Below, piece after piece: positions 24,707 through 33,660 of a DNA stretch of 51,168 bases; the stretch's first letter is position 1, and every line of letters starts with the position of its first letter. Both the position numbers and the translations under genes were made by a program. Source of the DNA: an uncultured Candidatus Saccharibacteria bacterium (GTDB lineage Bacteria; Patescibacteriota; Minisyncoccia; Phycocordibacterales; Zambryskibacteraceae); contig CAYFFP010000001.1 in assembly GCA_964342515.1 (NCBI GenBank), positions 25,036 through 76,203 on the forward strand, given 5' to 3'. The notes under the pieces are model-generated. The model saw nothing but the letters and a program-made list of their open reading frames with translations. It did no database searches and was not told the DNA's origin.

Positions 24707-26239
24707 ATGCCTGAATTTAAAGCAAAACCAGTAATTTCCAAGTCAGAATTCATGATGTTTTTGAAGCATCCGGCGTGGCTGTGGCTCAAGAAGCACGATA
24801 AAAATAAGCTCCCGGAACCGGACAAGACTCTGCAACTGCGCTTCGACGAGGGCGCACTCTTCGAAAGCTACGCGGAGAAAATTTTCCTTCCGCCAGCTGG
24901 CGGAGCGGTTAAACTTGGATATAAAAAAGATGGGAATGTCTTCTCCGGCACCATGTATTACGCTCTGCCCGAAACGACTCTCGGAGAAATTAAGAAGGAA
25001 ACGAAAGTAATTTTGCAAGGCCGTTTAGAAGTAGAAAATATTACATCCACTTTTGACGTTCTCGAGAGGGTGGGGGAGAAGACCTTTGACCTTTATGAAA
25101 TCAAATCGTCCACTTCCGTAAAGCCAGAGCATATACCAGACCTCGCTTTCCAAACTTTAGTTATCGAAAAATCCGGCTTTAAGGTTCGCGATGCGCATGT
25201 GCTTTATGTAAATAAAGAGTACCTGAGGAAAGGAGAGATAGATCCGTCCGGTATAAGCAAAAAAGAGGATGTGACGGAAAAGGTGCGTGAAGCTATTCCC
25301 GAAACTCTAGAGAATATCGAGAAAGCCTTTAAGGTTCTCTCTGGTCCCATGCCCAACCTGTCACCGCGACATCTGACAGGCGGTGAGATGGGTGAGTGGC
25401 TCGATATCTATCAGGTGATTAATGGCGAATTGCCCCAATATCACATTTACAAACTGGCTGGTCTTAAGCCCGATTTAGTCGAATGGCTTGAAGATAACGG
25501 CATCGAAGCGCTCCATGATGTTCCTCTGGACGAACGATTAAATGAGCGGCAAAGACGTCAGATAGAAGCCATGAAATCCGGCGAACAGAAGATTGATAAG
25601 GAAGAAATAAAAAATTTCTTAGATAAATTGGAGTATCCAATACACTTCTTCGACTATGAGACAGCCATGGGTGTTATTCCAGCCTTCGACGGATACAGGC
25701 CGTATCAACAAATTCCATTCCAATATTCTTTACATATCTTGCCGAGCCAGGGAGCGGAACTAATTCACAAAGAATATCTTCACACGGAGAATTCCGACCC
25801 GGTGCCGGAATTATTGAAGCATATTAAAGAAGATTTTGAGGGTAAAGGCTCCGTTATATCTTGGTTTATGACGTTTGAAAAAGGCAGGAACAGCGAGATG
25901 GCCAAGATGTATCCAGAATACGAAAAAATTCTAAATAATATCAATGATCGGATGGTAGATTTGATGATACCGTTTTCCAAAGGATGGTTCGTGGATAAGG
26001 ACTTCTTCGGCAGGGCTTCTATCAAAGCGGTTTTACCGGTGCTTCTGCCGGAACTAAGCTATAAGGCGCTCGAAATATCCGGCGGGGCGGACGCGCAGAG
26101 GATTTGGATGGAAACGGTGCTGAAGAATCTTAACGCGGAGAAGAAAGAAAAAATTATGGAGGATTTGCGTAAGTACTGCGCTCTTGATACGTACGCGATG
26201 TATGCAATCTATAAATATTTATCGGGAAAAGTCACTTAA
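24707..26239 (+). CDS. DUF2779-family protein (N-terminal PD-(D/E)xK-like nuclease region plus C-terminal DEDD/RNase H-like exonuclease region)
   Basis: DLYEIKSST...; FFDYETAMGVIPAFDGYRPYQQIPFQYSLHIL; WFMTFEKGRN; YCALDTYAMYAIYKYL. Confidence 0.65.
   Translation: MPEFKAKPVISKSEFMMFLKHPAWLWLKKHDKNKLPEPDKTLQLRFDEGALFESYAEKIFLPPAGGAVKLGYKKDGNVFSGTMYYALPETTLGEIKKETKVILQGRLEVENITSTFDVLERVGEKTFDLYEIKSSTSVKPEHIPDLAFQTLVIEKSGFKVRDAHVLYVNKEYLRKGEIDPSGISKKEDVTEKVREAIPETLENIEKAFKVLSGPMPNLSPRHLTGGEMGEWLDIYQVINGELPQYHIYKLAGLKPDLVEWLEDNGIEALHDVPLDERLNERQRRQIEAMKSGEQKIDKEEIKNFLDKLEYPIHFFDYETAMGVIPAFDGYRPYQQIPFQYSLHILPSQGAELIHKEYLHTENSDPVPELLKHIKEDFEGKGSVISWFMTFEKGRNSEMAKMYPEYEKILNNINDRMVDLMIPFSKGWFVDKDFFGRASIKAVLPVLLPELSYKALEISGGADAQRIWMETVLKNLNAEKKEKIMEDLRKYCALDTYAMYAIYKYLSGKVT
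24889..24904. repeat. 16-bp perfect palindrome TCCGCCAGCTGGCGGA (read as PPAGG)
   Basis: Exact self-complementary 16-mer inside the DUF2779 CDS. Confidence 0.95.
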
Positions 26240-26939
26240 GCAAGGAGTCGATCTTCTGTCTCACGCTTGCGATAGGTTCTGCGCCGTTTATCACCACTTT
26301 TTCGCCGTCTTGGGAGACAATTATTGAATGGGGAGTACCCCGAGCGCCGGCTTTAACCGCTTCGGCGATACTCTCCTCGATTTTTTGGTTGTATCGGCCG
26401 CTGTTGAGACAAGAGTTGAAACTTTCTACATCAAGTCCTATATCGCCCGCGATTTTCGACAGCTCCGTTTCCGGCAGAGAGTCGTTGGAATTTGTTCTTT
26501 CGAAAATCTCATCAAGATAATTCCAGAAGGCCATGTTACCGCCGAGCTCCGCCGCGCATTCCGTGGCCTCCGCTTCCTTGATGGCTTTGGCATGGAGTTG
26601 CTGGATGGGGAAATGGCGGTAGACCCAGGCAACCCGTCCTCCGTAAGATGATAGAATTTCTTTCATAGTACTATGGAAAGTTTTGCAGAACGGACATTCG
26701 GTGTCGGAGTATTCAATGATGATAAGTTCGGCGGAGCGGCTGCCGCGGATGTGGTCAGCGTCACTTACCGGCTTCACATCAACGCCACTCGTTGTCGGTT
26801 GTCGGTTGTCGGTTGTCGGTTGTTTCGCTCCCCCGAAATAAACTGCTCCCGCCACAAGCGCTCCGGCCACTACTATCGCCAGAGGCACTAAGAATTTATT
26901 CTGTTCTTCCATGGTAAAATATTGTATCACATGCCGCAA
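26232..26939 (-). CDS. Membrane-anchored DsbA/thioredoxin-family thiol:disulfide oxidoreductase
   Basis: TM anchor and a CPFC active site (YSDTECPFCKTFH). Likely start MEEQNK at codon 10. Confidence 0.8.
   Translation of the reverse strand: MRHVIQYFTMEEQNKFLVPLAIVVAGALVAGAVYFGGAKQPTTDNRQPTTSGVDVKPVSDADHIRGSRSAELIIIEYSDTECPFCKTFHSTMKEILSSYGGRVAWVYRHFPIQQLHAKAIKEAEATECAAELGGNMAFWNYLDEIFERTNSNDSLPETELSKIAGDIGLDVESFNSCLNSGRYNQKIEESIAEAVKAGARGTPHSIIVSQDGEKVVINGAEPIASVRQKIDSLLK
26791..26823. repeat. Heptanucleotide tandem repeat (GTTGTCG)x4 plus a partial unit, inside the DsbA-like CDS
   Basis: Four perfect 7-nt units at 26791-26818 and a partial fifth. Encodes QPTTDNRQPTT just after the TM anchor. 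Confidence 0.9.
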
Positions 26940-26940
26940 G

Positions 26941-27501
26941 TTAGAAGGGGAGAGAGAAAGTCATTTTGTTTTCGTTCGGTTTCTCCCATTCACTCGTGTC
27001 GAGTTTGATCTCCTTGAGCTGACCACCTTCTTTGAAGATTAATTTATTATTGGCGCGAGCGTAATCGTAGAGTTCTTTGGTGAGTTTAACATCATCGATG
27101 CAATAGCTTCTGATTTTCTCTATCTCGCCGGCTTGCCACCACTTGAGAGCGTCGGAGCCGTGGCCGGATTTATGTTTGCCCAGAGTGCCTTCCGCCAACT
27201 GGTCGAGCTTCATGCCGCGGCCGTAACTTTTCTTAATTTCCTTGAGAATATCCAGATGCTTGATCTTCGTCAGGTCGCCCGGATAATACTTGTTGAGTAT
27301 TGGAATATCGAAGTGCTCCGAATAAAATCCGATAATCATGTCGGCGCGTTCAAGCACCGGCCAGAGCTTACCCAGCTCTTCTTCTAAATATGTCGAATAA
27401 GTATCGGTACTCGAATCGTAAATGCCCACCAGAGCCAAGTCGATGCTCAAAACGTCCCGAAGAAAGTTCCTGGTCTCGATATCAAATACTATTTTACGCA
27501 T
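26941..27501 (-). CDS. DEDDy-type 3'-5' exonuclease (RNase H-like fold, PolB-exo/YprB-like)
   Basis: Exo I FDIET, Exo II GFYSEHFDIPIL, Exo III YCIDDVKLTKELY. Confidence 0.7.
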   Translation of the reverse strand: MRKIVFDIETRNFLRDVLSIDLALVGIYDSSTDTYSTYLEEELGKLWPVLERADMIIGFYSEHFDIPILNKYYPGDLTKIKHLDILKEIKKSYGRGMKLDQLAEGTLGKHKSGHGSDALKWWQAGEIEKIRSYCIDDVKLTKELYDYARANNKLIFKEGGQLKEIKLDTSEWEKPNENKMTFSLPF

Positions 27502-28282
27502 AGGGTCCTAACTTGTGGGTCTCAAGAAAGTCTCTAAGGGCGATATCTCCCATGGCAAAGCCCACGGCCGGCACAGGCTCGACGCCAAATAGCTCAAGCA
27601 AATTATCGTACCTTCCGCCTCCGGCTATGGCGCGCGGATTTTCTTTGTTGGTGTCGAAAATTTCGAAGACCATGCCGGTATAGTAAGTCTGGCCTCTGGC
27701 AAGTGTCGGGTCAGAGACGATATTGAGCGCGGTATCTTTGAAAGTATCGATACCAGCATTGTTCATCCTGATTTCGAAATCCTCATCTTTTACTCCGAAC
27801 TCTTTCATCACGGCATAAGCGAGTTTTAGAATTTCTTTGTCTGCTTCTATATCAGAAAGCCCTAATAAATCCGCGTTAAACTGATAGTGTTCGCGCCTTC
27901 TGCCGCGCTGCGGGCGCTCATAGCGGAAGAGATTCGGGATAGAGTACCAGCGCAGTGGAAATTTGAGCGACTTGCGGCGCGCCGCGACCATGCGAGCGAG
28001 AGTGGGGGTCATTTCTGGCCGAAGAGTGACGCTTCGACCGCCGCGGTCGGTGAAGGTGAAAGTTTGCTGGTTGACTATCTCGTTACCGGACTTTTCTGTA
28101 TAGATTTCCGTAGGTTCGAGCGGGGAAGCGCTGTATTCTTCGTAACCAAATTGCTCGGCCACCTTGCGCCAAGTATCGAAGATATAGTTCTGAATCTTCA
28201 TATCTTCAGGATAAAAGTCCTGTACTCCTTTGTACGGCGCGGTATCCAATTTTGACATGAGGGTATTATACCTTAATAGCAA
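27494..28282 (-). CDS. Histidyl-tRNA-synthetase-like class II catalytic core only (no anticodon-binding domain); likely start ATG 28258
   Basis: GVQDFYPED, TLRPEMTP, motif 2 FRYERPQRGRRREHYQFNADLLG, motif 3 GGGRYDNL, AVGFAMG. Ends ~15 aa after AVGFAMG. Confidence 0.75.
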   Translation of the reverse strand: MLLRYNTLMSKLDTAPYKGVQDFYPEDMKIQNYIFDTWRKVAEQFGYEEYSASPLEPTEIYTEKSGNEIVNQQTFTFTDRGGRSVTLRPEMTPTLARMVAARRKSLKFPLRWYSIPNLFRYERPQRGRRREHYQFNADLLGLSDIEADKEILKLAYAVMKEFGVKDEDFEIRMNNAGIDTFKDTALNIVSDPTLARGQTYYTGMVFEIFDTNKENPRAIAGGGRYDNLLELFGVEPVPAVGFAMGDIALRDFLETHKLGPYA

Positions 28283-28308
28283 AAATCCCGTCTAAACGGG
28301 ATTTTTGC
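28279..28308 (-). terminator. Strong A/T-flanked hairpin GCAAAAATCCCGT-n4-ACGGGATTTTTGC
   Basis: 13-bp perfect stem with a U-run on either strand. Lies between the 28309-28544 spacer and the HisRS-like start. Confidence 0.55.
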
Positions 28309-28544
28309 TTGGAGCGGCCAACTCGTGTAAGAGGTGTGTTCCGCTTATATTCTAATTTGGTCTCCGTGTGAGGCTCATAACTCTCACTGGTTTGAGACCT
28401 TATATTTAAGTTATGGAAGTCCTCTTGTTATCCAACCGAAGCAAAGCTCGGGGGACAAAGCTGACCTAACTACATTTTCTTAAACCAATGTAAAATGTCA
28501 AATCAAAATTGTTCGAAACTGCGTGGATAATCTGTGGATTAATG

Positions 28545-28940
28545 TTAATAAGTCTTCCTGAAAGATTTATCAACACTCCAAATACCCGCGCCGTAAGCCG
28601 CGAAGAAGAGGAAAATAAAGGCGAAGAGCGCCGCCGGCTCGCCGCCGTTCTGGATCGGGAAGAACGTCTCCATGCTGAAGTGGGCTGTAAAGTATGCCAC
28701 CGCCATTTCGCCCGCGAGGATGAAAGCCACCGGTCTTACGAATAAACCAAGAAGAATAGCGGTTCCTCCAACAAGCTCTAAGATGCCAGCTACCATCATA
28801 AGAGTCGGAAGTTCTCCGCCGGGCATGCCGCCGAACCAGCCCAGAAGTTTCATCCCTCCGTGCTGGAGGAATAGAAGCCCGGCCGCCACTCTTAATAAAA
28901 AGACCGCAACCCCAATTATTTTTTCTTTAGTCATATGCAC
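28545..28940 (-). CDS. DoxX-family membrane protein
   Basis: LLRVAAGLLFLQHGGMKLLGWFGG and four TM helices. Confidence 0.8.
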   Translation of the reverse strand: MHMTKEKIIGVAVFLLRVAAGLLFLQHGGMKLLGWFGGMPGGELPTLMMVAGILELVGGTAILLGLFVRPVAFILAGEMAVAYFTAHFSMETFFPIQNGGEPAALFAFIFLFFAAYGAGIWSVDKSFRKTY

Positions 28941-29077
28941 CTTATTCTACCAGACTTTATAAATCTCACGCGAAGGCGTGCAAGAACGCCTCTTTGTACT
29001 CCGGCGGAATTTCAACGGGGGAAAATATACGCTCCTCCCATCTGTCTAATAAAACATATTACACAAACAATAGAGTT

Positions 29078-29923
29078 TTAGTAGAGCGCGTTTACGCCAG
29101 TTATGTCGCCCGGGTTAAGGTCGCGCTTCTGGATCTCGGCGGTTGGTGAGAAGCGATACATCGTTTCCTCGGTGCAGGAATCCGAAGGATGTCCCATCCC
29201 GGCGGCATGACCATTTTCATGGGTCGCGATGTTGTCAAAATCCATTTTGCCGGCTACGCCCGCACCTTCTGCTGACCAGTCAAAGGTTACATCATCATAC
29301 ACCTGATCCCATTCAACCAGTTGTCTGCCCGAGATTGGTCCGCCAAATATCCCCCAGACAATGGTGACCGCAATGGTATTTGAATTTACAATATCAGCAA
29401 AGTAGACTTCGTTTTGATTATCAAGAGACAAGGTATCAGCAGAAAGTGTGGCAGAAGTTATGGTGCCTACTCCCAGAACATCTATTCCCGCTCCATTGGT
29501 AACATTTCCATCTGTTGCATCTTCCCACTTGGAAACCCCGCCACTTAAAAGATTAAAGACAGTAGCATTAGCTAAACCGTCAATATTTGAAGGGTTTACC
29601 AGCCATGGTTCAACATTCTTCCATTTGGCACCTTTGGCCAAATAGGTGTAGCAGGCGGTATTACTGGGTCTGGCACCACCGGGTTTTATTGCATTATCTT
29701 TTCGGTGAATAATCGCCAAGCCCTCAACTACCTTGCCTGTTCCAGGATCAACCGCAGTTCCTAAGGATATTACATTGGAATTATCCGCAGCAGGAGGGAG
29801 AAGTAAGGTTCTTGTGGTCCCAGGAGTATCAAGAGTGGCGGTCTCAAGAGGAGGAGCGGCTGCGACCACCACTGCTAAAAGAAGACTTAAGACTGTTCCA
29901 ATGCTTATAGTTAGTTTTTTCAT
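29078..29923 (-). CDS. Secreted metzincin (matrixin/M10-like) zinc metalloprotease
   Basis: Signal peptide, HENGHAAGMGH (HExxHxxGxxH), and a downstream Met-turn (ETMY). Confidence 0.75.
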   Translation of the reverse strand: MKKLTISIGTVLSLLLAVVVAAAPPLETATLDTPGTTRTLLLPPAADNSNVISLGTAVDPGTGKVVEGLAIIHRKDNAIKPGGARPSNTACYTYLAKGAKWKNVEPWLVNPSNIDGLANATVFNLLSGGVSKWEDATDGNVTNGAGIDVLGVGTITSATLSADTLSLDNQNEVYFADIVNSNTIAVTIVWGIFGGPISGRQLVEWDQVYDDVTFDWSAEGAGVAGKMDFDNIATHENGHAAGMGHPSDSCTEETMYRFSPTAEIQKRDLNPGDITGVNALY

Positions 29924-29977
29924 ATAGATATAATAATATTACTAAATGCTATCCCATCAGCAGCAGATGTCAAGAAG

Positions 29978-30601
29978 TTAATACAGCAGTATAAGCGCGA
30001 GTGCCGCCATCCCAAAATCCTCGATGATAGTTATTTTTGTAAGAGGAACCTTGAGGAAAGTGCCGAGGCATGCGCATTGAAACTCCTCGCCTCTGGCCAA
30101 TTTAACAGCAACTCCTATGCCGCTAAAAGTCATTACGACAACCTCTGCCCAAAGAAGAGAGGGGTCGTGGAAACCTAGAAGCATGGCAAGACCAAACCCC
30201 AACTCTATGAACGGATACGCGTAGCCGTAACCAAACCATTTTTGCGCCAGCAGGTCATACGTCGAGTATCCTTCGGCAAAACCTTTAAGGTCCATCAATT
30301 TAAAGCCGGCAAAAACTATGAAAAACCCGATCATAAAGTAGATGATCGAGTTCTCTACATTGAACCCACCTCGTGAGTAGTCAGCGACACTCAAAACCGC
30401 CGACACCAGCAGTAAGAGAGAAATAATCACGATTAGGGGTACGTAATTTCTCCATGTCAGCAAGCCCAATCCTCGATCTTCTGTCTCGTGGACTCTTTTT
30501 GGCGCTTCGTTCTTGAGTGCAAGCGCCATACCGCACCTCGGGCATTGACCCGGGCCACCCTGTGTTATCTCCGGATGCATTGGACAAGTGTATTTATTCA
30601 T
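29978..30601 (-). CDS. Membrane protein: N-terminal CPMHPE-type metal-binding Zn-ribbon plus MauE/DoxX-like domain
   Basis: [24 protein letters not shown], then four TM helices with [14 protein letters not shown]. Confidence 0.6.
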   Translation of the reverse strand: MNKYTCPMHPEITQGGPGQCPRCGMALALKNEAPKRVHETEDRGLGLLTWRNYVPLIVIISLLLLVSAVLSVADYSRGGFNVENSIIYFMIGFFIVFAGFKLMDLKGFAEGYSTYDLLAQKWFGYGYAYPFIELGFGLAMLLGFHDPSLLWAEVVVMTFSGIGVAVKLARGEEFQCACLGTFLKVPLTKITIIEDFGMAALALILLY

Positions 30602-31142
30602 ATCTTAATTCAATCTTATCGCCATCCTTCATCTCATAATTTCCAAGTTCGGTATTATCAAAGCCATTAACGACCATTCTTAGGTTAGAGCCGAAGGAGT
30701 TCATATCTTTACCCCAACTCTTAAATAGCTGTTCAAGCCTAATATCGTCTTTACGAACAATACTGCTAAACTCTAAGTGAACCACACCATTTGCCGCATC
30801 ATCGTGAGTATGAACGGGCGCCATTCCCATTGGTAAAGACGAGTATTGAGGGCCTATGCCAATGTTCGCAGGAATAGCTTGTTTCTCATTCTTAACATAG
30901 ATAGTTAGTACGGGATGCCAATGAAGACCATTTCTTGAAATAATTTCTGGGTCACTCTTCTGCAAGCTCTTAGACCACCAAATACTTCCTCCGAAGAGAA
31001 TAACGATAATACCAACAATAAGAAGAGCATTTTTCATAGTTATCTGCTCCCCAAGTATAGCATTGATATACCCCTGTTCTTTAGCAAAGAATATATGCAA
31101 CCCCGAACCAAAGCAGAGTTTGGTACGGGGCAGGCCCGACAT
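30594..31142 (-). CDS. Membrane-anchored His-rich periplasmic protein (likely start ATG 31037)
   Basis: [17 protein letters not shown] anchor; HWHP...APVHTHDD motifs suggest metal binding. Overlaps the upstream gene by 8 nt. Confidence 0.5.
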   Translation of the reverse strand: MSGLPRTKLCFGSGLHIFFAKEQGYINAILGEQITMKNALLIVGIIVILFGGSIWWSKSLQKSDPEIISRNGLHWHPVLTIYVKNEKQAIPANIGIGPQYSSLPMGMAPVHTHDDAANGVVHLEFSSIVRKDDIRLEQLFKSWGKDMNSFGSNLRMVVNGFDNTELGNYEMKDGDKIELRYE

Positions 31143-31175
31143 TATTTTTAGGGTAATTGAGAAATCGCATAAATC

Positions 31176-31421
31176 GTGCTAATATACGTCTATACACATA
31201 TGAAAACTATTGCCCAGTTTAAGATTACTCGAGACAAGGATGCCTACATTGCCGAAGGGGTGGATTTGGCTATTGTTACCCAAGCCAAAGATTTGGATAG
31301 TCTTGTGAAGAATATCGAGGAAGCAGTTTCTCTGCATCTTGAGGACGAAAACATCAAAGATTTTGATTTCTCCCAGAAACCTTCTATTTTAGTGAATTTC
31401 GAGTTGTCGCAATATGCCTAA
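31176..31421 (+). CDS. hicB: HicB-family antitoxin
   Basis: YIAEGVDLAIVTQAKDLDSLVKNIEEAVSLHLE. Overlaps hicA by 8 nt. Confidence 0.6.
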   Translation: MLIYVYTHMKTIAQFKITRDKDAYIAEGVDLAIVTQAKDLDSLVKNIEEAVSLHLEDENIKDFDFSQKPSILVNFELSQYA

Positions 31422-31656
31422 GCTGAAGACTTTGAGTTCAGAGGACATTATCTCTGCACTCAAGAATTTCGGCTTTCAAGTTGTTGGTCAAAGAGGTAGT
31501 CATGTCAAACTCTCAAGGCAGACCTCTGTCCAAAAACAAGTTCTGACTATTCCCAACGAAAAGAATCTTCCGAAAGGCACGACAAAGGCGATATTCAATC
31601 AGGCCAGCAGATTTGTCTCTCAAGAAGAGTTGAAGAAATATTTTTATATCGATTAG
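31414..31656 (+). CDS. hicA: HicA-family mRNA interferase toxin
   Basis: SSEDIISALKNFGFQVVGQRGSHVKLSR...TIPNEKNLPKGT. Confidence 0.8.
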   Translation: MPKLKTLSSEDIISALKNFGFQVVGQRGSHVKLSRQTSVQKQVLTIPNEKNLPKGTTKAIFNQASRFVSQEELKKYFYID

Positions 31657-31676
31657 GTTCTATTAAGGCCTTAAAT

Positions 31677-31750
31677 GCTCCCGTGGTTGAATACGTTAAG
31701 AACTCTGAATTGGTCCAATATAGCACGGGAATTAGAGTTTAGCGGTTTAT
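31677..31750 (-). repeat. Pseudo-tRNA-like repeat, copy 1 (right part only)
   Basis: ~85% identical to 33809..33885. Begins at the stop codon of the amine-oxidase gene. Confidence 0.7.
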
Positions 31751-33048
31751 TAAAAATGTATTATTTGTCTTGCCACTTCTAATCCACTAGCCAGTGCTCC
31801 TTCGACAGTTGCCGTCTCTGTTTCTTTATAAAGAGCTTCACCAGCAAAGAAGATCTTATTTTCAACAGGTTCTCTCAATTTAGCGTATGCTTTCTCTGAA
31901 TTAGCCATACTATAACTATATGCACCTTTGGTAAAAGGGTCGGCTGGCCAGTTTACAACTTGATAAGTTACCACTTTTTCTTTAATAAAGTCTTTATCTG
32001 CTTTCCAGATGTCAGACAACGAAGAAAGACATAGGTTAAAAATCTCTTTCTCGGATTCGTGCTTTAATTTTTCTGCCTCTGGCCCCGCGATCCACCCTGT
32101 CAGAACTGGATATTGTTCTGGGTATTGTGTCCACCACGCATTTACTTTACCGTTGCAAAGCATAAATACCATCTTGTTAATATTTTTATGTTGACTGTTG
32201 CTTGTCCACCATTGGTCCTTAAATTTAATAAGAATTTTAATAACTTGACCGAAACCTATTTTATCAATCGCTTCAATTTTCTCATGAATAGTAGGACTGA
32301 ATTTTATATTTTTAATAATTGGTAAAGCCACGGTAACAATGACTCGTTGTCCATTATATAAATTGCCGTCTGTGCATAATACATTTATAGTATCGTTATC
32401 TATTTTTACAGATTTTACCTCCTTATTAGTTAATAGTTCTACGCTATATTTTTTACATTCTGAAACTAGGAAATTAATCATTGGCCCATATCCCTCTTTT
32501 ATCCTTCCTTGTTTCCATTCAGTTTGCCCAAGCCACTCTTCTTTAAGAGAAAAAGTGCTTATTTTATGGGGATCAGCGGCGTCAAACCCTTTCACCATAT
32601 TATTTATCACATTCACAAGCCTGCTATATTTTTCATCAGAAAAGTATTTTTCTAAGAAGGTTGAAATAGGAATGTCATCTACCAGCTCATTTAATCTTTC
32701 GTTTATTATTTCTCTATATTTTATAAATTCAGGGTCTTCAGTAAATAAATAAGCCTTCTTCAATTCGTTACCATCGAAAGACCACATTTCTCCGTCTTCA
32801 GGCATGGAAACATAATTCAAACCAGCTTCACGAAGTAATGACTTGGTTAATGGTGCCTCTCCGTGAATGAATTCTGCTCCACCTTGCGCCGGATAACCAA
32901 ACTCTTCTTCGTCAAGAGGGAAAATTCTTCCTCCCACCCTATCTATGGCTTCAAGAATTATTACTTTTTTCCCGGCTTTAGCTAGTTCTCTTGCCACCAT
33001 TAAACCTGTTGCCCCAGCACCTATAACTATAATTTCTGCTTTTTCCAT
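31750..33048 (-). CDS. Flavin-containing amine oxidase / NAD(P)/FAD-dependent oxidoreductase
   Basis: IIVIGAGATGLMVARELAKAGKKVIILEAIDRVGGRI dinucleotide-binding motif; C-terminal FFAGEA...ATVEGAL. Confidence 0.8.
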   Translation of the reverse strand: MEKAEIIVIGAGATGLMVARELAKAGKKVIILEAIDRVGGRIFPLDEEEFGYPAQGGAEFIHGEAPLTKSLLREAGLNYVSMPEDGEMWSFDGNELKKAYLFTEDPEFIKYREIINERLNELVDDIPISTFLEKYFSDEKYSRLVNVINNMVKGFDAADPHKISTFSLKEEWLGQTEWKQGRIKEGYGPMINFLVSECKKYSVELLTNKEVKSVKIDNDTINVLCTDGNLYNGQRVIVTVALPIIKNIKFSPTIHEKIEAIDKIGFGQVIKILIKFKDQWWTSNSQHKNINKMVFMLCNGKVNAWWTQYPEQYPVLTGWIAGPEAEKLKHESEKEIFNLCLSSLSDIWKADKDFIKEKVVTYQVVNWPADPFTKGAYSYSMANSEKAYAKLREPVENKIFFAGEALYKETETATVEGALASGLEVARQIIHF

Positions 33049-33081
33049 AAACTTCAGCTAAATAATCATCAATTATTAGTT

Positions 33082-33636
33082 CTACAATTTATCTACTTGA
33101 AACGGTATTAAATCTGACTCTGCAAATAGCCTTGATTTTGAGGATTTTATTAATCCGATAGAAGGGTTGGTTGCGAAACCTATGTATTCTACCTGTTTAT
33201 TTTTACCATTTCGCACATATTGAATTGCTGGTATCAAATCGGTATCAGAACTCACTATAATGGCTGTATCGTATAAATTATCCACAGCACCGATAACCAG
33301 ATCTACAGATAATTTAACATCCACACCCTTTTCCCTAATTCTTTTTCCGTCATACATAATACGTCCACGTTTTATAACAAATCCTTCGTTTTCTAAACCA
33401 CTTAGAAATTTTTGCTGGCTTTTGACCATTTCCTCACTCTTCTTAGAGTTATCGTGATTTTTTACAATACCAACATAGTATCTCTTTGATATAAGCTCTC
33501 TTTCTCCAACTAGATGACTAACGAAAGCGGAGTAATCAAATCTCTTATCTTGTTTAGGTATACCCAACTCCTTAAGTTTTCTATAAGTATTGCCTCCATC
33601 TATATAAACTACGACTTTTTCTTTGCCGAATAACAT
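33082..33636 (-). CDS. NYN/LabA-like PIN-fold RNase domain protein
   Basis: VVVYIDGGN..., GVDVKLSVDLV, AIIVSSDTDLIPAIQYV. Confidence 0.8.
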   Translation of the reverse strand: MLFGKEKVVVYIDGGNTYRKLKELGIPKQDKRFDYSAFVSHLVGERELISKRYYVGIVKNHDNSKKSEEMVKSQQKFLSGLENEGFVIKRGRIMYDGKRIREKGVDVKLSVDLVIGAVDNLYDTAIIVSSDTDLIPAIQYVRNGKNKQVEYIGFATNPSIGLIKSSKSRLFAESDLIPFQVDKL

Positions 33637-33660
33637 AACTAGACTTTAACATAAAACAAA

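Noticed and set aside
28309-28544. T-box riboswitch upstream of the HisRS-like gene.
   Set aside because: The position and terminator are suggestive. However, the conserved T-box sequence (GGGUGGNACCGCG) and an obvious specifier loop with a His codon were not found by eye. It is kept only as an unclassified structured spacer.
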